A stretch of 64,000 nucleotides of DNA from an uncultured Bacilli bacterium (GTDB lineage Bacteria; Bacillota_I; Bacilli_A; RF39; UBA660), in assembly GCA_947628585.1 (NCBI GenBank), contig CANRAL010000001.1:3154-67153 (forward strand), in the 5' to 3' direction. Below are positions 8,206 through 18,354 of this stretch, in pieces. Position 1 is the first letter of the stretch. Every line of letters begins with the position of its first letter. A program made the position numbers and the translations under genes. The notes under the pieces were generated by a model, which did no database searches, was not told the origin of the DNA, and saw only the letters and a list, made by a program, of their open reading frames with translations.

Positions 8206-10504
8206 AAGACCAATGAAACAAGAAAAGGCTAAAGATTTTAAAAAAGCCATTTTTCGATTATTTAAAGAATTAAAATCATTTAAATATTTAATTTTCTTAG
8301 GTTTAGCTTTAGCATCTTTAGGTTCCGTTCTTTCAATTATGGCTCCGAATAAACTTTCTAATTTAATAGATAAAATATCGGAAGGATTAGTAATTAATAC
8401 CACTAATATAAAAACTATCGCGGAAAATGTTGAAAATAGTTTTAATATGGATAAAGTTAATGAAAAAATGACATATTTATTAAAATTAGATATTAATGAA
8501 AATACAATTAAAAAGGTAATGTCTTCAAATACGATAACTGATTTAGAAAAAGAAGAATTTACTAGTTTTATCAATAATATTGATTCTAATAATCCTGAAG
8601 AAATGATTAATAATTTGAATAATTTTTCCTTAGAAACTTTAAAAATCATTTTGCCAGATACCTATTATAATGATACTTTAGTAACTACTGAGGATAAAAA
8701 AATATTAATTGATTTAATAATTAATAAAGATATTAATAAAATACCGGATAATATATATAATGTATTTTTTCAAGATATTGTAATTGATAATGTTACTATT
8801 ACACCTATAGAACAAGGTCAATTTATGAAAATTATGGCTAATATTGATCGTAATGATACGGCAATGCTTTATCAAAAAATTGATGAAATGCCGGATACAA
8901 TTAAAAATGTAATTGAACCGAAATTTAATGTTGAAGGTATTAAAAAAATTATTATCTTTTTAGTTATCTTATATTTAATATCAGCTTTATTTAATTATAT
9001 TGAGGCTATATCTATGACTATAGTTTCTAATTCCTTTGCTCGCAAATTAAGAAGTAATATATCGGTAAAAATTAATAAGTTACCTTTAAAATATTTTGAT
9101 AAAAATCAAACAGGAGATGTTTTATCGAGAATAACAAATGATGTAGATACTATTGCCCAAAGTATGAATCAATCTTTTGCTACCTTAATTAGTGCCATAA
9201 CTTTATTAGTAGGAACAATTATAATGATGTTTTATACTAATTGGATAATGGCTTGTACGGCTATTGGGGCTAGTATAATTGGATTTGCCTTTATGTTTAA
9301 AATATTGAGTAAATCCCAAAAGTATTTTAAAGAAAGACAAAAGTTTTTAGGAAAAATAAATTCGCATATTGAAGAAGTATATTCCGGATTAAATGTAATT
9401 AAAGTTTATAATGGAATAGATGAAGTAAATGAAAAATTTGATATTCTTAATGATAAAGTATATGAAGCCAATCGCAAAAGTCAATTTTTGTCTGGTTTAA
9501 TGATGCCAATGATGAATTTTATTGGAAATTTTGGTTATGTTGCGGTTTGTATTGTTGGGGCTTTACTTACTATGAATGGTTATATTACTTTTGGGGTTAT
9601 TGTAGCTTTTATGACTTATGTAAGACTATTTACTTCTCCATTATCCGAAATTGGGCAAGCTATGACTTCTTTGCAAACAACGGCGGCTGCCTCTGAAAGA
9701 GTATTTGAATTTATGGATGAAGAAGAGATGCCTAATCAAGAGTTATTAACCAAAAAATTAGATAAAAAAGAAGTTAAAGGAAATATTGAATTTAATAATG
9801 TGGAATTTACTTATGATGGCAATACTTTACCAACAATTAAAAACTTTAATGTAAAAGTTAAAGCGGGTGAAAAAATTGCTATAGTAGGACCAACTGGGGC
9901 GGGTAAAACAACAATGGTAAATTTATTAATGAAGTTTTACGAAATTAATAAAGGTGATATAAAAATAGATGGTGTTTCAACTAAAGAGCTTACTCGTGAA
10001 AATATTCATGATTTATTTACAATGGTCTTACAAGATACTTGGTTATTTGATGGAACAATAAAAGAAAACATTGTCTATAATCGGCATAATGTCAGTGATA
10101 AAAAAGTAGAAGAAGTTTGTAAAATTGTTGGCTTAGATCACTTTATTAAAACTTTACCACATGGTTATAATTCTCTTGTTAATGAAAGTGATAATATATC
10201 CGCGGGGCAAAGACAATTATTAACTATTGCTCGCGGTATGATTGAAAATTCTCCGTTTTTAATTTTAGATGAAGCAACTAGTAATGTTGATACCAGAACT
10301 GAAGAATTGGTGCAAAAAGCGATGGATAAATTAACGGAAGGTAAAACTTCATTTATTATAGCGCATAGACTATCTACTATCAAAAATGCAGATTTAATTT
10401 TAGTAATGAAGGATGGTAACATAATTGAACAAGGAAATCATGAAGAATTAATGCAAAAGAAGGGATTTTATGCTGAACTTTATAATTCTCAATTCGAGTT
10501 ATAA
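8198..10504 (+). CDS. ABC exporter, fused permease/ATPase (heterodimer subunit B) with large TM1-TM2 loop insertion
   Basis: GPTGAGKTT, SAGQRQLLTIARG and LILDEATS motifs. Overlaps the upstream gene by 8 nt. About 185 extra residues lie between TM1 and TM2. Confidence 0.9.
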   Translation: MPRRPMKQEKAKDFKKAIFRLFKELKSFKYLIFLGLALASLGSVLSIMAPNKLSNLIDKISEGLVINTTNIKTIAENVENSFNMDKVNEKMTYLLKLDINENTIKKVMSSNTITDLEKEEFTSFINNIDSNNPEEMINNLNNFSLETLKIILPDTYYNDTLVTTEDKKILIDLIINKDINKIPDNIYNVFFQDIVIDNVTITPIEQGQFMKIMANIDRNDTAMLYQKIDEMPDTIKNVIEPKFNVEGIKKIIIFLVILYLISALFNYIEAISMTIVSNSFARKLRSNISVKINKLPLKYFDKNQTGDVLSRITNDVDTIAQSMNQSFATLISAITLLVGTIIMMFYTNWIMACTAIGASIIGFAFMFKILSKSQKYFKERQKFLGKINSHIEEVYSGLNVIKVYNGIDEVNEKFDILNDKVYEANRKSQFLSGLMMPMMNFIGNFGYVAVCIVGALLTMNGYITFGVIVAFMTYVRLFTSPLSEIGQAMTSLQTTAAASERVFEFMDEEEMPNQELLTKKLDKKEVKGNIEFNNVEFTYDGNTLPTIKNFNVKVKAGEKIAIVGPTGAGKTTMVNLLMKFYEINKGDIKIDGVSTKELTRENIHDLFTMVLQDTWLFDGTIKENIVYNRHNVSDKKVEEVCKIVGLDHFIKTLPHGYNSLVNESDNISAGQRQLLTIARGMIENSPFLILDEATSNVDTRTEELVQKAMDKLTEGKTSFIIAHRLSTIKNADLILVMKDGNIIEQGNHEELMQKKGFYAELYNSQFEL

Positions 10505-10573
10505 AAAAAATTTAAAAAATTTTAAAATAGGTTAATATTATTTTAAAATTTTTTTATTATGAATATAATTAAT

Positions 10574-10625
10574 ATAAGGATAAAATTTCTTTATTAAAAA
10601 TAAGGATAAAATTTCTTTATTAAAA
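10574..10625. repeat. perfect 26-bp tandem duplication (2 copies)
   Basis: ataaggataaaatttctttattaaaa occurs at 10574..10599 and again at 10600..10625, head to tail. Confidence 0.95.
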
Positions 10626-10839
10626 TAGTGACAAATTAAATAAAATGTGTTAAAATAATTCTTAATCTTTGTTGAGGTGTGATACATAATGAAGAAATTT
10701 AGATTAAGTGCGAATATTTAATTTATTATATTATGATAAATCTTTATTTATATAATAAAAAAATTGAGATATTTTTAATAATATAATAAAATATAATAGG
10801 AAGCTTTTGAGTTTTAATGTTTTAAGGAGTGGTTTAATT

Positions 10840-13800
10840 ATGAACTCAAGATTAAAGAAGATAGTATTGTTTTTAATTACTAGTTTAATATTACCTTTTA
10901 GTGTTTTTGCTAAAGAAGATATAGAGTTAAGTGTTGATAAAAAAGATTTAAAAATTGGTGATGAGATAGTAGTAACTGCTAAAATGGCGGAAGATTTAGA
11001 AAGTTATGCTCTTATTGCCACTTTGAAGTATGATGAAAATGTTTTTCAAAGAATAGATGAATCTGATTTTGCGGTAGCTATTAATTCTAGTATTAATTAT
11101 AATAAAGCCAATAATAAATTTGGAATAATTAATCGAACTGGTCAAGCCCAAGATGGCATTCTTTTTCGAGTTAATTTAAAAGTAAAAGATAAAGCTAATG
11201 TTGGAGATACTAATATTGCTTTAACTAATATTTCTTCATCTGATGGTAGTGAAAAAAAAGAATATACAGCAAATACCCTTAAAGTATTTGTATCGCGGGA
11301 TATGGAAAAAAATGAAGAAATTTCTGGCAATAAGGAAAATAATATTAGTCCGGATACAGAAGAAATTATTAAAGTATTTACTAACAAACCAATTATAATT
11401 ATTTCTACAGTTTTAACTATAGGTTTATTAGGTTATATTTTATTTTATGGATTTAAAAAGAATAAGAATAAGAAAATATTAATTAGTTTAATTGTTGCTG
11501 ATGTTGCTTTGGGTGTTATAACCGGATCTATGTTTATTAATAATTATAATAAAAAAGATGTTAATGATGATGGTATTAAAAACTATGATGATGCGGAAGA
11601 AATTATCAAATATTTAATTGATATTAAAGGAATAGATGAAGAAGAAAAAATAGAAGAAAATGAAAAAGAGGATAATACAAATACCAATAGTACTTCAACT
11701 AATACTAATAGTAATAAAAAGCCTTCTTCTAATTCCAAACCAACTAAACCTAAAAATGATTATGATACAAATAATGATGGCAAAGTAGATGTTGATGATG
11801 TAGGGAATGTTGTAGAAGATGTAACTAAAAATACGAGTGTTAAATTACAAGAAGTAAATCCAAATAATGAATATTATATTGATAAAGGAACAATTGCACT
11901 TAATTTTAAGGCGGAAATTAATCCTCAAGATAGTAAAATAACTAAAGTTAAAATTGGTGATGAATTTTATGATGTTACTTTGGATAGTGATATTTATAGT
12001 GTAACTATAGATGTAAATGAAAGTGGAGAAAAAGATTTTGTAATTAGTGAAGTAATTTTAGATAATAATCAAAGTGTTAAAACTAATTTAAAAATTAGTA
12101 GGGAAATATTAAAAGAAATACCTTATGTTAATAACTTTAATTTGGAAGATGAAAAGAAAACATTAAGTTTTGATTTAGTGGATAATGATGATGCTTTTAA
12201 AGAAGGAACAGTTACTATTTATGATGGTACCGAAAGCATTAAAAGTGCTAAATTAAGTAAAAATAATATATTGAAAGATTTACCTATAGAAGAAGATAAG
12301 TCTTATGATGTTGAAATAATTGGTAGTTATGATTTAGATAGTAATAAAAATGAAGGTAAAAATTCTTATAATGAAGAAACAATGTTTAGTCATTCTTTTA
12401 CGATAGGTGGCGATTATAATTTTACTTTAACCGATGTAGTAATAACTGATGAGTTGCAACCGGGAGAAATTCCTGTTATATCGTTTAAGAGTACTAATAG
12501 TCGAAAAGCAAATATAAAATTAGCTAATTTTACTAATGACAAAAATGCTGCGAAATCTTATCAACTTATAGCCGTAAATGATAGTAATTATGAAGTTCCT
12601 ATAGTTGGGGCTGATATTACTCCTGGAGAACATACAATTACTTTAGACAGTGTTCAATTAGATAATTTGAAGTTTTTGGAAAATTCTAAGGATTATAATG
12701 TTAATGTTTTAAATTATACAGTTTTAAAAAGTGCTCCTAAAGCGGAAGATTTAACTCTTATAGATAAACGTGAGGAAAAAATTATTGAAGCGACATTTAA
12801 ATTAAATGATTCTAATGAAGCAGCAAATCATCTTATTATTTCTTTAACTGATTCATCTTATAAATTAGCTAGTAAAGTGGAATTTACTAAAGAAGAAATA
12901 GAGGCTTTAAGAGATAAAGAATTTAAAGTGTCTTTACCTTATGATAATAGCACTGATGGTTGTTATCGGGTAGTTGTTTATGCTGATTATGATTTATCGG
13001 ATAAATATCATTATACTCTTAAAAATATTGGAGAAAATTCTATTTTGAGTCCTAAAGATATTTATATTCAAGATATGTATTTAGTTAATGCTAAAAATGA
13101 AAAGATTGAAAGTCCTTATGTTTCTAAAGATAGTAATACTATTCAAGTAGCTTTTGAAATAGTAATTGGGGATGAAATAAAAAAATATAAATCTTATGGT
13201 GGCATATCTTATGTAACTATTAATGGTTTAAATTGTCCTATTAGTACTATAAAAACACCTGATAAAAATAATGGTGTGTATTTAATCAAAGCTACTGTTA
13301 AAGTTCCTAAAGAATCTGGTATTTTGGAATTAACAGCTAATCGGGTTCAACTTTCTAATAATTCATATTATCATATTTGGAGTGATTATTATGCTGTTGG
13401 AGAAAAATCTATTAAAATAGAAGTATTAAAAGATAAACCAAAAATAGAAAATTTAATAGTTACAGAAGAAGACTATGATAAAGGAAAAGTAACATTTGAT
13501 TTTGATATTGTATTAGATAATAATGCAACTTTAAATGATAATAGTTTTGATTTTGGTAGTCTTACTTTAGATGGTAAAGAAGGAAATCCAAGTGTTGTTA
13601 ATTCAACAGGGCATAATAAAGTAACTTTTGAAAATGTTTCAAAAGATAAAAAATTAGATTTAATATTTAAAGCTAAATTTGATTTAGATACTAATACTTT
13701 AGATACCGATAAAAATGAATTAGAGGAAGAAATATATAAAGTTAATTATGGTCTATATAATAAAAAATCTTATCAAGATGTAACTATTAATAAAGGATCT

Positions 13801-16800
13801 TCTAATAAAAAGTATTATGAAAAAAATGAAGATATAGAACTTACTTTTGATATAACTGGAAATTTTGAAAATTTAGGAATGAATCCTAAAAAAGTAATTA
13901 TTGATGATAAAGAATATGAATTAATAAAGAAAGATGATAGTTATAGTGTTAAAATTTTAGGATTTCATAGTTTTGGTAGAAAAGAAATAACTATTACTGA
14001 TGTAATTTTTGATTATGGTCAAAAAGTAACCTTAAAGGATAAATATTCATTAAATGTGGAAGTTTTAAAGGATGTTATTAAATTTAATAACTTAGAATAT
14101 GAAGTTTTAGAGAATTCTATTAAAGTTATTTTTAGAAAAGTTGATCCTGATAATTCTTTAGTAGGTAAAGCTAAAGTAATTATTAGTGATGAACAAAATA
14201 ATATTATTTATGATGGTAATTATCAAGATGAAATAAGTTTCAAACATGATGCTAATGTCTTAAGATATTTTGTTAAAGTAATTGGTTCATATGATCGAGA
14301 CATTAATGTAACGAAAAATAGTGAAAATTACTATGGTGATGTTACGTTACTTAATGAAATAATTTCGTTTGAAAGAAATAATATTGAATTAAAGAATATT
14401 ATTGATATTAATCTTTATAAACAAATAAATGATGGAACATATGATGAAATTATTAAAGTTGATGAAGTATCTTTAAAAGAAATAAATGATAATAAATCTG
14501 CTTATTTTGCTGAAGTAGTAATGGAAAATCTTCCAAGTATAAGAACTAGAATTAAGGAAGCAATTGAAAAAGATAAACATTTAATTTTAATACTTGATTA
14601 TAATTATGTAACTAAGGAAGGAAAAATAAAGACTAATAATGTTCAAATTGACTTTGGCGAAATAAAAGAGAATGGAATAGCTAAAAATGAATTTCATCCT
14701 GAAATAGCCATTCAAAAATTAATTGAAGAATTAAATGATAATAAAGATATAACCTTAATGCAAAATTATGATTTTTCGATAATTGATAATGAAGATTTAG
14801 TTTATGTAGAAAATTATAAAGGTACTTTAGAAGGAAATGACTATACATTTAAAAATTTAAGTAAACCATTATTTGATACTTTAACTGGTAAAGTAAAGAA
14901 TTTAAACATTGTTAATGTTGCTATGGAAAAAACTGGCCATGGAGCTTTAGCTAATAAAGCCGAAAACGCGGAAGTAACAAGTGTTTATATTGACAATGTG
15001 ACTAGAAATGCTGGCGATGATAGTGGTCAAAATGGGGGATTAATTGGTTCAACTGTAAATACTAAAGTAGAAGCATGTCGGGTAACAAATGTTACTATCA
15101 ATGCTGGTTACTATGCTCAACAAAATGGTTTATTAATTGGTACTACTAGTGGTAGTGTTGATAAATCAATAATAAAAAATTCTTATGCGGAAGGAAGACT
15201 TTTAGGTGGTTATAATTATACAAGTGGTTTTGTGGGTAATTGTAAATCAACGACTGTTATAAATAATTTTGTAAAAGTAACTGCCAGTGGTCAATCTGGA
15301 CCTGTTGCCGCTTTTGGGGATGCTTATGGGGACCAAAATAGTGTTTATGAAAACAATATAAGTATTGCCTCAGGTACAACAACTAATATGATTGGTAGTG
15401 CTAAAACTATTAATAATAATTATTTCTACATTGATAATGAAGCTACTAGTAAAGATGGTATTACGGTTATAGATAAAAATGATATTAATGATGAACTATT
15501 TATAACTAAAGCTAAATTTGATCCAAATATTTGGTATATTAATAATATTTCTTTTGATAATTTACCAATATTCCATAAAGAAAAGAAAACAGTATTAAAT
15601 GATACTTCTAATGAAAATTATCGGGAAGAAAATGAAACTTTATATCAAAATTTAATTAAATTAATGCCATTTTATGATAGTAATAAAATAATAACTATTG
15701 CTCAAAATGTTACAGATATAAATTTAAATACTAAGATTATTAATCATATTATTCCAATAGATAAAGAAGGAAAATTAGTAACTTATTTAACTAATTCTGA
15801 TATTCGAAAAATAGCTAAAATTAGAGTTGTATTCACGGATAAAACTAAAATAGATTATGATGTTATATATGATAAATCCTATGATATGGTAGCATCTTAT
15901 CGAATTATTAGTTTAGGTATTGATTATAATTATAATAATTATGTTATTGATGAAAATTCTCAAGTGGTAAATAATTTAACTAATTATTTACAAAAAATAA
16001 ATTATGGTACGGATTTGGATATTTTAACAACAAATAGTGATAGTCGGATATATAGAGATTTTTATAATGAAGTAACAAGTAAAGAATTAAAAGAATTTGT
16101 TTTAAAATATTTAGCTAATAGTGAATATACTAATACAACAAATGATAAGACAATTAATGATTATTTGGAAAGAGAAGTAAAGAAAAATCAAAAATTAGAA
16201 AAAGCCTTATATACTTATAATTATTTTAGAAGATTCTACGATGTAGAAGTTGGAAAAATGAAATTATATGATATTATGATGTTTAATATGGAAGGCTTTA
16301 ATAGTGATTTAACTACAAGTAAAATTGTTGATTTATTCTTTAGTGATAAAAGTGGAGCTAATTTTAATACTAATTTAACTAGTTCTAAATATTCTTCAGT
16401 TTTAGGATCATATACTAAAATAAATAATATAGTTGATTTTCTAGAATATGTAGTTACGGAATTTAGTAATGAAACTGATATGGCTAATTGGGTAAGAGAA
16501 CAATTTAAAGGAATTTTAGTGGAACTTCCAATTGAAGGACATCCTGAAATTTTATATACATTATGGGATCATTTCCGGAATCCTGACAAAAATTATCCTA
16601 ATGGAGTATATGGACATGATGCTCATGAATTTATATTACCAATTTTAACTTTACCAGAAAATTCAGCTTATATTATTTCGGCTCCAGTAGAATTTATTAT
16701 TGGTGCGCAAAGAACATATATTAGTGATCCTTTTGATCCCCAACAAGTTGCTGATTTTAAAGCTAAAATGGCAACATATACAACAAGATTACAATCTTAC

Positions 16801-18267
16801 TTTACAACTGCTTATGGTATTTTGGAAAATAAAGATTTATTTAATAATATGCATTTATTTATTCTTGATAAACGTAATACTAAAAATATAGATGGAACTG
16901 GAGTTTATAATAATCCATATACAACTACGGAACCATTCCATAAGAATTTTGATGAAATTTTAGGACTTTGGCCAGCAGCTGCCGGGAATAATGCCGCCGC
17001 ATGGGGTTACTACATTGAAATGCAAGTTGCCGGAGTATTAGATAGTAACTTAACTACTGATGGTTCATTAGATATTGGTCATGTTACATTTAAGACGCTT
17101 ACCCATGAATCTGCCCATAATTTAGATGATCGTTTATTCTTTAAGAATAATGGTCAAAGAGGGGGTGGAGAAGATTATGCCGATGCCTTCTTAATGCAAG
17201 CATTTGAAAAATTTGGTATTGTTATGAATTTATCAATTAATTTTGATTTAGAAAAGTTAAATGAAAATAATCAAGCTGTTGGTTCTAATTTAACGCCAGA
17301 ACGAATAAATACGGAAGCTAAAATATCTGATTTTTACAATAAAGCTTTCCAAACAATTTATACAATTGATTATTTAGAAGCACAAGCATTCTTACAGTTA
17401 CCAAAAGAAGCTCAAGAAAAGTTAGCTATTCAAATTTCTTATCCAAATGCGGAAAAAGAAGTAGAATTTAAAGATTCCGATGGAAAGGTATATATAGAAT
17501 ATGTTGATGAAAATGGGCAAAAACAACCTTTAGTAAGTAGAAAATATAAAGATGATCCTTATGCATTAAGCGCTGCTTATTCTTTAACTCAATATACAAA
17601 ATTAGATCAAGTTGAAGATTTTGATTTCAGTAAATTAAAAACCATTGATGATTTAATTGATAATAAGATAATGTTATATCCTGGTAAAGAAGGAGTATCG
17701 ACTTTAGGACCTGGACATTATGGTGGCGAAGGTTATAATGTTGTTCATTGGTACCAACCACATAATGATTACGGTTTCCCTGATTCTTATTCTTCTAAGT
17801 GGATTAGTTATGAAATGTTAGGTTATGCTGGATATACCAATGGTTTTGTAGAATATGCTAGTAATATTCATACTACCAAAAGAACATTCTACACTTCCTT
17901 ATCGGCAACTATAAATAAAAATGGTACTTTAGCTTTAAGTGAAATTAATTATAAAAGTGATGCTACAGCTTTAAAAATTATTACTAATAATCAATATGAA
18001 AATTTTGATGATTATAAGAAAGCTCGTTTTAGAGAAGTAGCTGCAAATTTAGATCACTTAAATAAAATAATAAATGCTAAAGAATATGTTCAAAAATTCT
18101 ATAATGCTTTAATGGAAGATGTTAATGATAAAAATTTAACTAAGAGTAGTGATGTTCGTTATCAAATTTATAGTACATTAAAAAATTATACTAATGATTT
18201 TAGAACTAATGAAATTATAATGGATAGTTGGCAACAAAATGTTAGTGATTTAAATGTTACTAAATAA
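10840..18267 (+). CDS. giant surface zinc metalloprotease, peptidase M26 (ZmpA/B/C, IgA1-protease-like) family
   Basis: ORF 10807..18267. ATG 10840 follows AAGGAG and gives signal peptide MNSRLKKIVLFLITSLILPFSVFA. GTLEGNDYTFKNLSKPLF...NLNIVNV matches the M26_N-like region. HESAH at 17104..17118 with Glu 22 residues after the first His (GGGEDYAD). Many beta-rich repeats lie between. Confidence 0.8.
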   Translation: MNSRLKKIVLFLITSLILPFSVFAKEDIELSVDKKDLKIGDEIVVTAKMAEDLESYALIATLKYDENVFQRIDESDFAVAINSSINYNKANNKFGIINRTGQAQDGILFRVNLKVKDKANVGDTNIALTNISSSDGSEKKEYTANTLKVFVSRDMEKNEEISGNKENNISPDTEEIIKVFTNKPIIIISTVLTIGLLGYILFYGFKKNKNKKILISLIVADVALGVITGSMFINNYNKKDVNDDGIKNYDDAEEIIKYLIDIKGIDEEEKIEENEKEDNTNTNSTSTNTNSNKKPSSNSKPTKPKNDYDTNNDGKVDVDDVGNVVEDVTKNTSVKLQEVNPNNEYYIDKGTIALNFKAEINPQDSKITKVKIGDEFYDVTLDSDIYSVTIDVNESGEKDFVISEVILDNNQSVKTNLKISREILKEIPYVNNFNLEDEKKTLSFDLVDNDDAFKEGTVTIYDGTESIKSAKLSKNNILKDLPIEEDKSYDVEIIGSYDLDSNKNEGKNSYNEETMFSHSFTIGGDYNFTLTDVVITDELQPGEIPVISFKSTNSRKANIKLANFTNDKNAAKSYQLIAVNDSNYEVPIVGADITPGEHTITLDSVQLDNLKFLENSKDYNVNVLNYTVLKSAPKAEDLTLIDKREEKIIEATFKLNDSNEAANHLIISLTDSSYKLASKVEFTKEEIEALRDKEFKVSLPYDNSTDGCYRVVVYADYDLSDKYHYTLKNIGENSILSPKDIYIQDMYLVNAKNEKIESPYVSKDSNTIQVAFEIVIGDEIKKYKSYGGISYVTINGLNCPISTIKTPDKNNGVYLIKATVKVPKESGILELTANRVQLSNNSYYHIWSDYYAVGEKSIKIEVLKDKPKIENLIVTEEDYDKGKVTFDFDIVLDNNATLNDNSFDFGSLTLDGKEGNPSVVNSTGHNKVTFENVSKDKKLDLIFKAKFDLDTNTLDTDKNELEEEIYKVNYGLYNKKSYQDVTINKGSSNKKYYEKNEDIELTFDITGNFENLGMNPKKVIIDDKEYELIKKDDSYSVKILGFHSFGRKEITITDVIFDYGQKVTLKDKYSLNVEVLKDVIKFNNLEYEVLENSIKVIFRKVDPDNSLVGKAKVIISDEQNNIIYDGNYQDEISFKHDANVLRYFVKVIGSYDRDINVTKNSENYYGDVTLLNEIISFERNNIELKNIIDINLYKQINDGTYDEIIKVDEVSLKEINDNKSAYFAEVVMENLPSIRTRIKEAIEKDKHLILILDYNYVTKEGKIKTNNVQIDFGEIKENGIAKNEFHPEIAIQKLIEELNDNKDITLMQNYDFSIIDNEDLVYVENYKGTLEGNDYTFKNLSKPLFDTLTGKVKNLNIVNVAMEKTGHGALANKAENAEVTSVYIDNVTRNAGDDSGQNGGLIGSTVNTKVEACRVTNVTINAGYYAQQNGLLIGTTSGSVDKSIIKNSYAEGRLLGGYNYTSGFVGNCKSTTVINNFVKVTASGQSGPVAAFGDAYGDQNSVYENNISIASGTTTNMIGSAKTINNNYFYIDNEATSKDGITVIDKNDINDELFITKAKFDPNIWYINNISFDNLPIFHKEKKTVLNDTSNENYREENETLYQNLIKLMPFYDSNKIITIAQNVTDINLNTKIINHIIPIDKEGKLVTYLTNSDIRKIAKIRVVFTDKTKIDYDVIYDKSYDMVASYRIISLGIDYNYNNYVIDENSQVVNNLTNYLQKINYGTDLDILTTNSDSRIYRDFYNEVTSKELKEFVLKYLANSEYTNTTNDKTINDYLEREVKKNQKLEKALYTYNYFRRFYDVEVGKMKLYDIMMFNMEGFNSDLTTSKIVDLFFSDKSGANFNTNLTSSKYSSVLGSYTKINNIVDFLEYVVTEFSNETDMANWVREQFKGILVELPIEGHPEILYTLWDHFRNPDKNYPNGVYGHDAHEFILPILTLPENSAYIISAPVEFIIGAQRTYISDPFDPQQVADFKAKMATYTTRLQSYFTTAYGILENKDLFNNMHLFILDKRNTKNIDGTGVYNNPYTTTEPFHKNFDEILGLWPAAAGNNAAAWGYYIEMQVAGVLDSNLTTDGSLDIGHVTFKTLTHESAHNLDDRLFFKNNGQRGGGEDYADAFLMQAFEKFGIVMNLSINFDLEKLNENNQAVGSNLTPERINTEAKISDFYNKAFQTIYTIDYLEAQAFLQLPKEAQEKLAIQISYPNAEKEVEFKDSDGKVYIEYVDENGQKQPLVSRKYKDDPYALSAAYSLTQYTKLDQVEDFDFSKLKTIDDLIDNKIMLYPGKEGVSTLGPGHYGGEGYNVVHWYQPHNDYGFPDSYSSKWISYEMLGYAGYTNGFVEYASNIHTTKRTFYTSLSATINKNGTLALSEINYKSDATALKIITNNQYENFDDYKKARFREVAANLDHLNKIINAKEYVQKFYNALMEDVNDKNLTKSSDVRYQIYSTLKNYTNDFRTNEIIMDSWQQNVSDLNVTK

Positions 18268-18270
18268 AGG

Positions 18271-18299
18271 TTAGGAAAATTTATTTCTTAATCTTTTTT
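18271..18299 (+). terminator. rho-independent terminator of the giant gene
   Basis: ttaggaaa / tttcttaa stem (one G-U pair) followed by a T-run. Confidence 0.55.
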
Positions 18300-18301
18300 A
18301 T

Positions 18302-18330
18302 TTGACAATTATTAGTATTTTAAGTAAAAT
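18302..18330 (+). promoter_or_regulatory. sigmaA-type promoter
   Basis: TTGACA, 17 nt spacer, TAAAAT, upstream of the 18355 gene. Confidence 0.55.
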
Positions 18331-18354
18331 AATTAAACAAAAAAGGAGAGTATT

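Noticed and set aside
10574-10625. Possible CRISPR array or minisatellite
   Set aside because: Only two directly abutting copies with no spacers, AT-rich with no internal palindrome, and no cas genes anywhere in the window.
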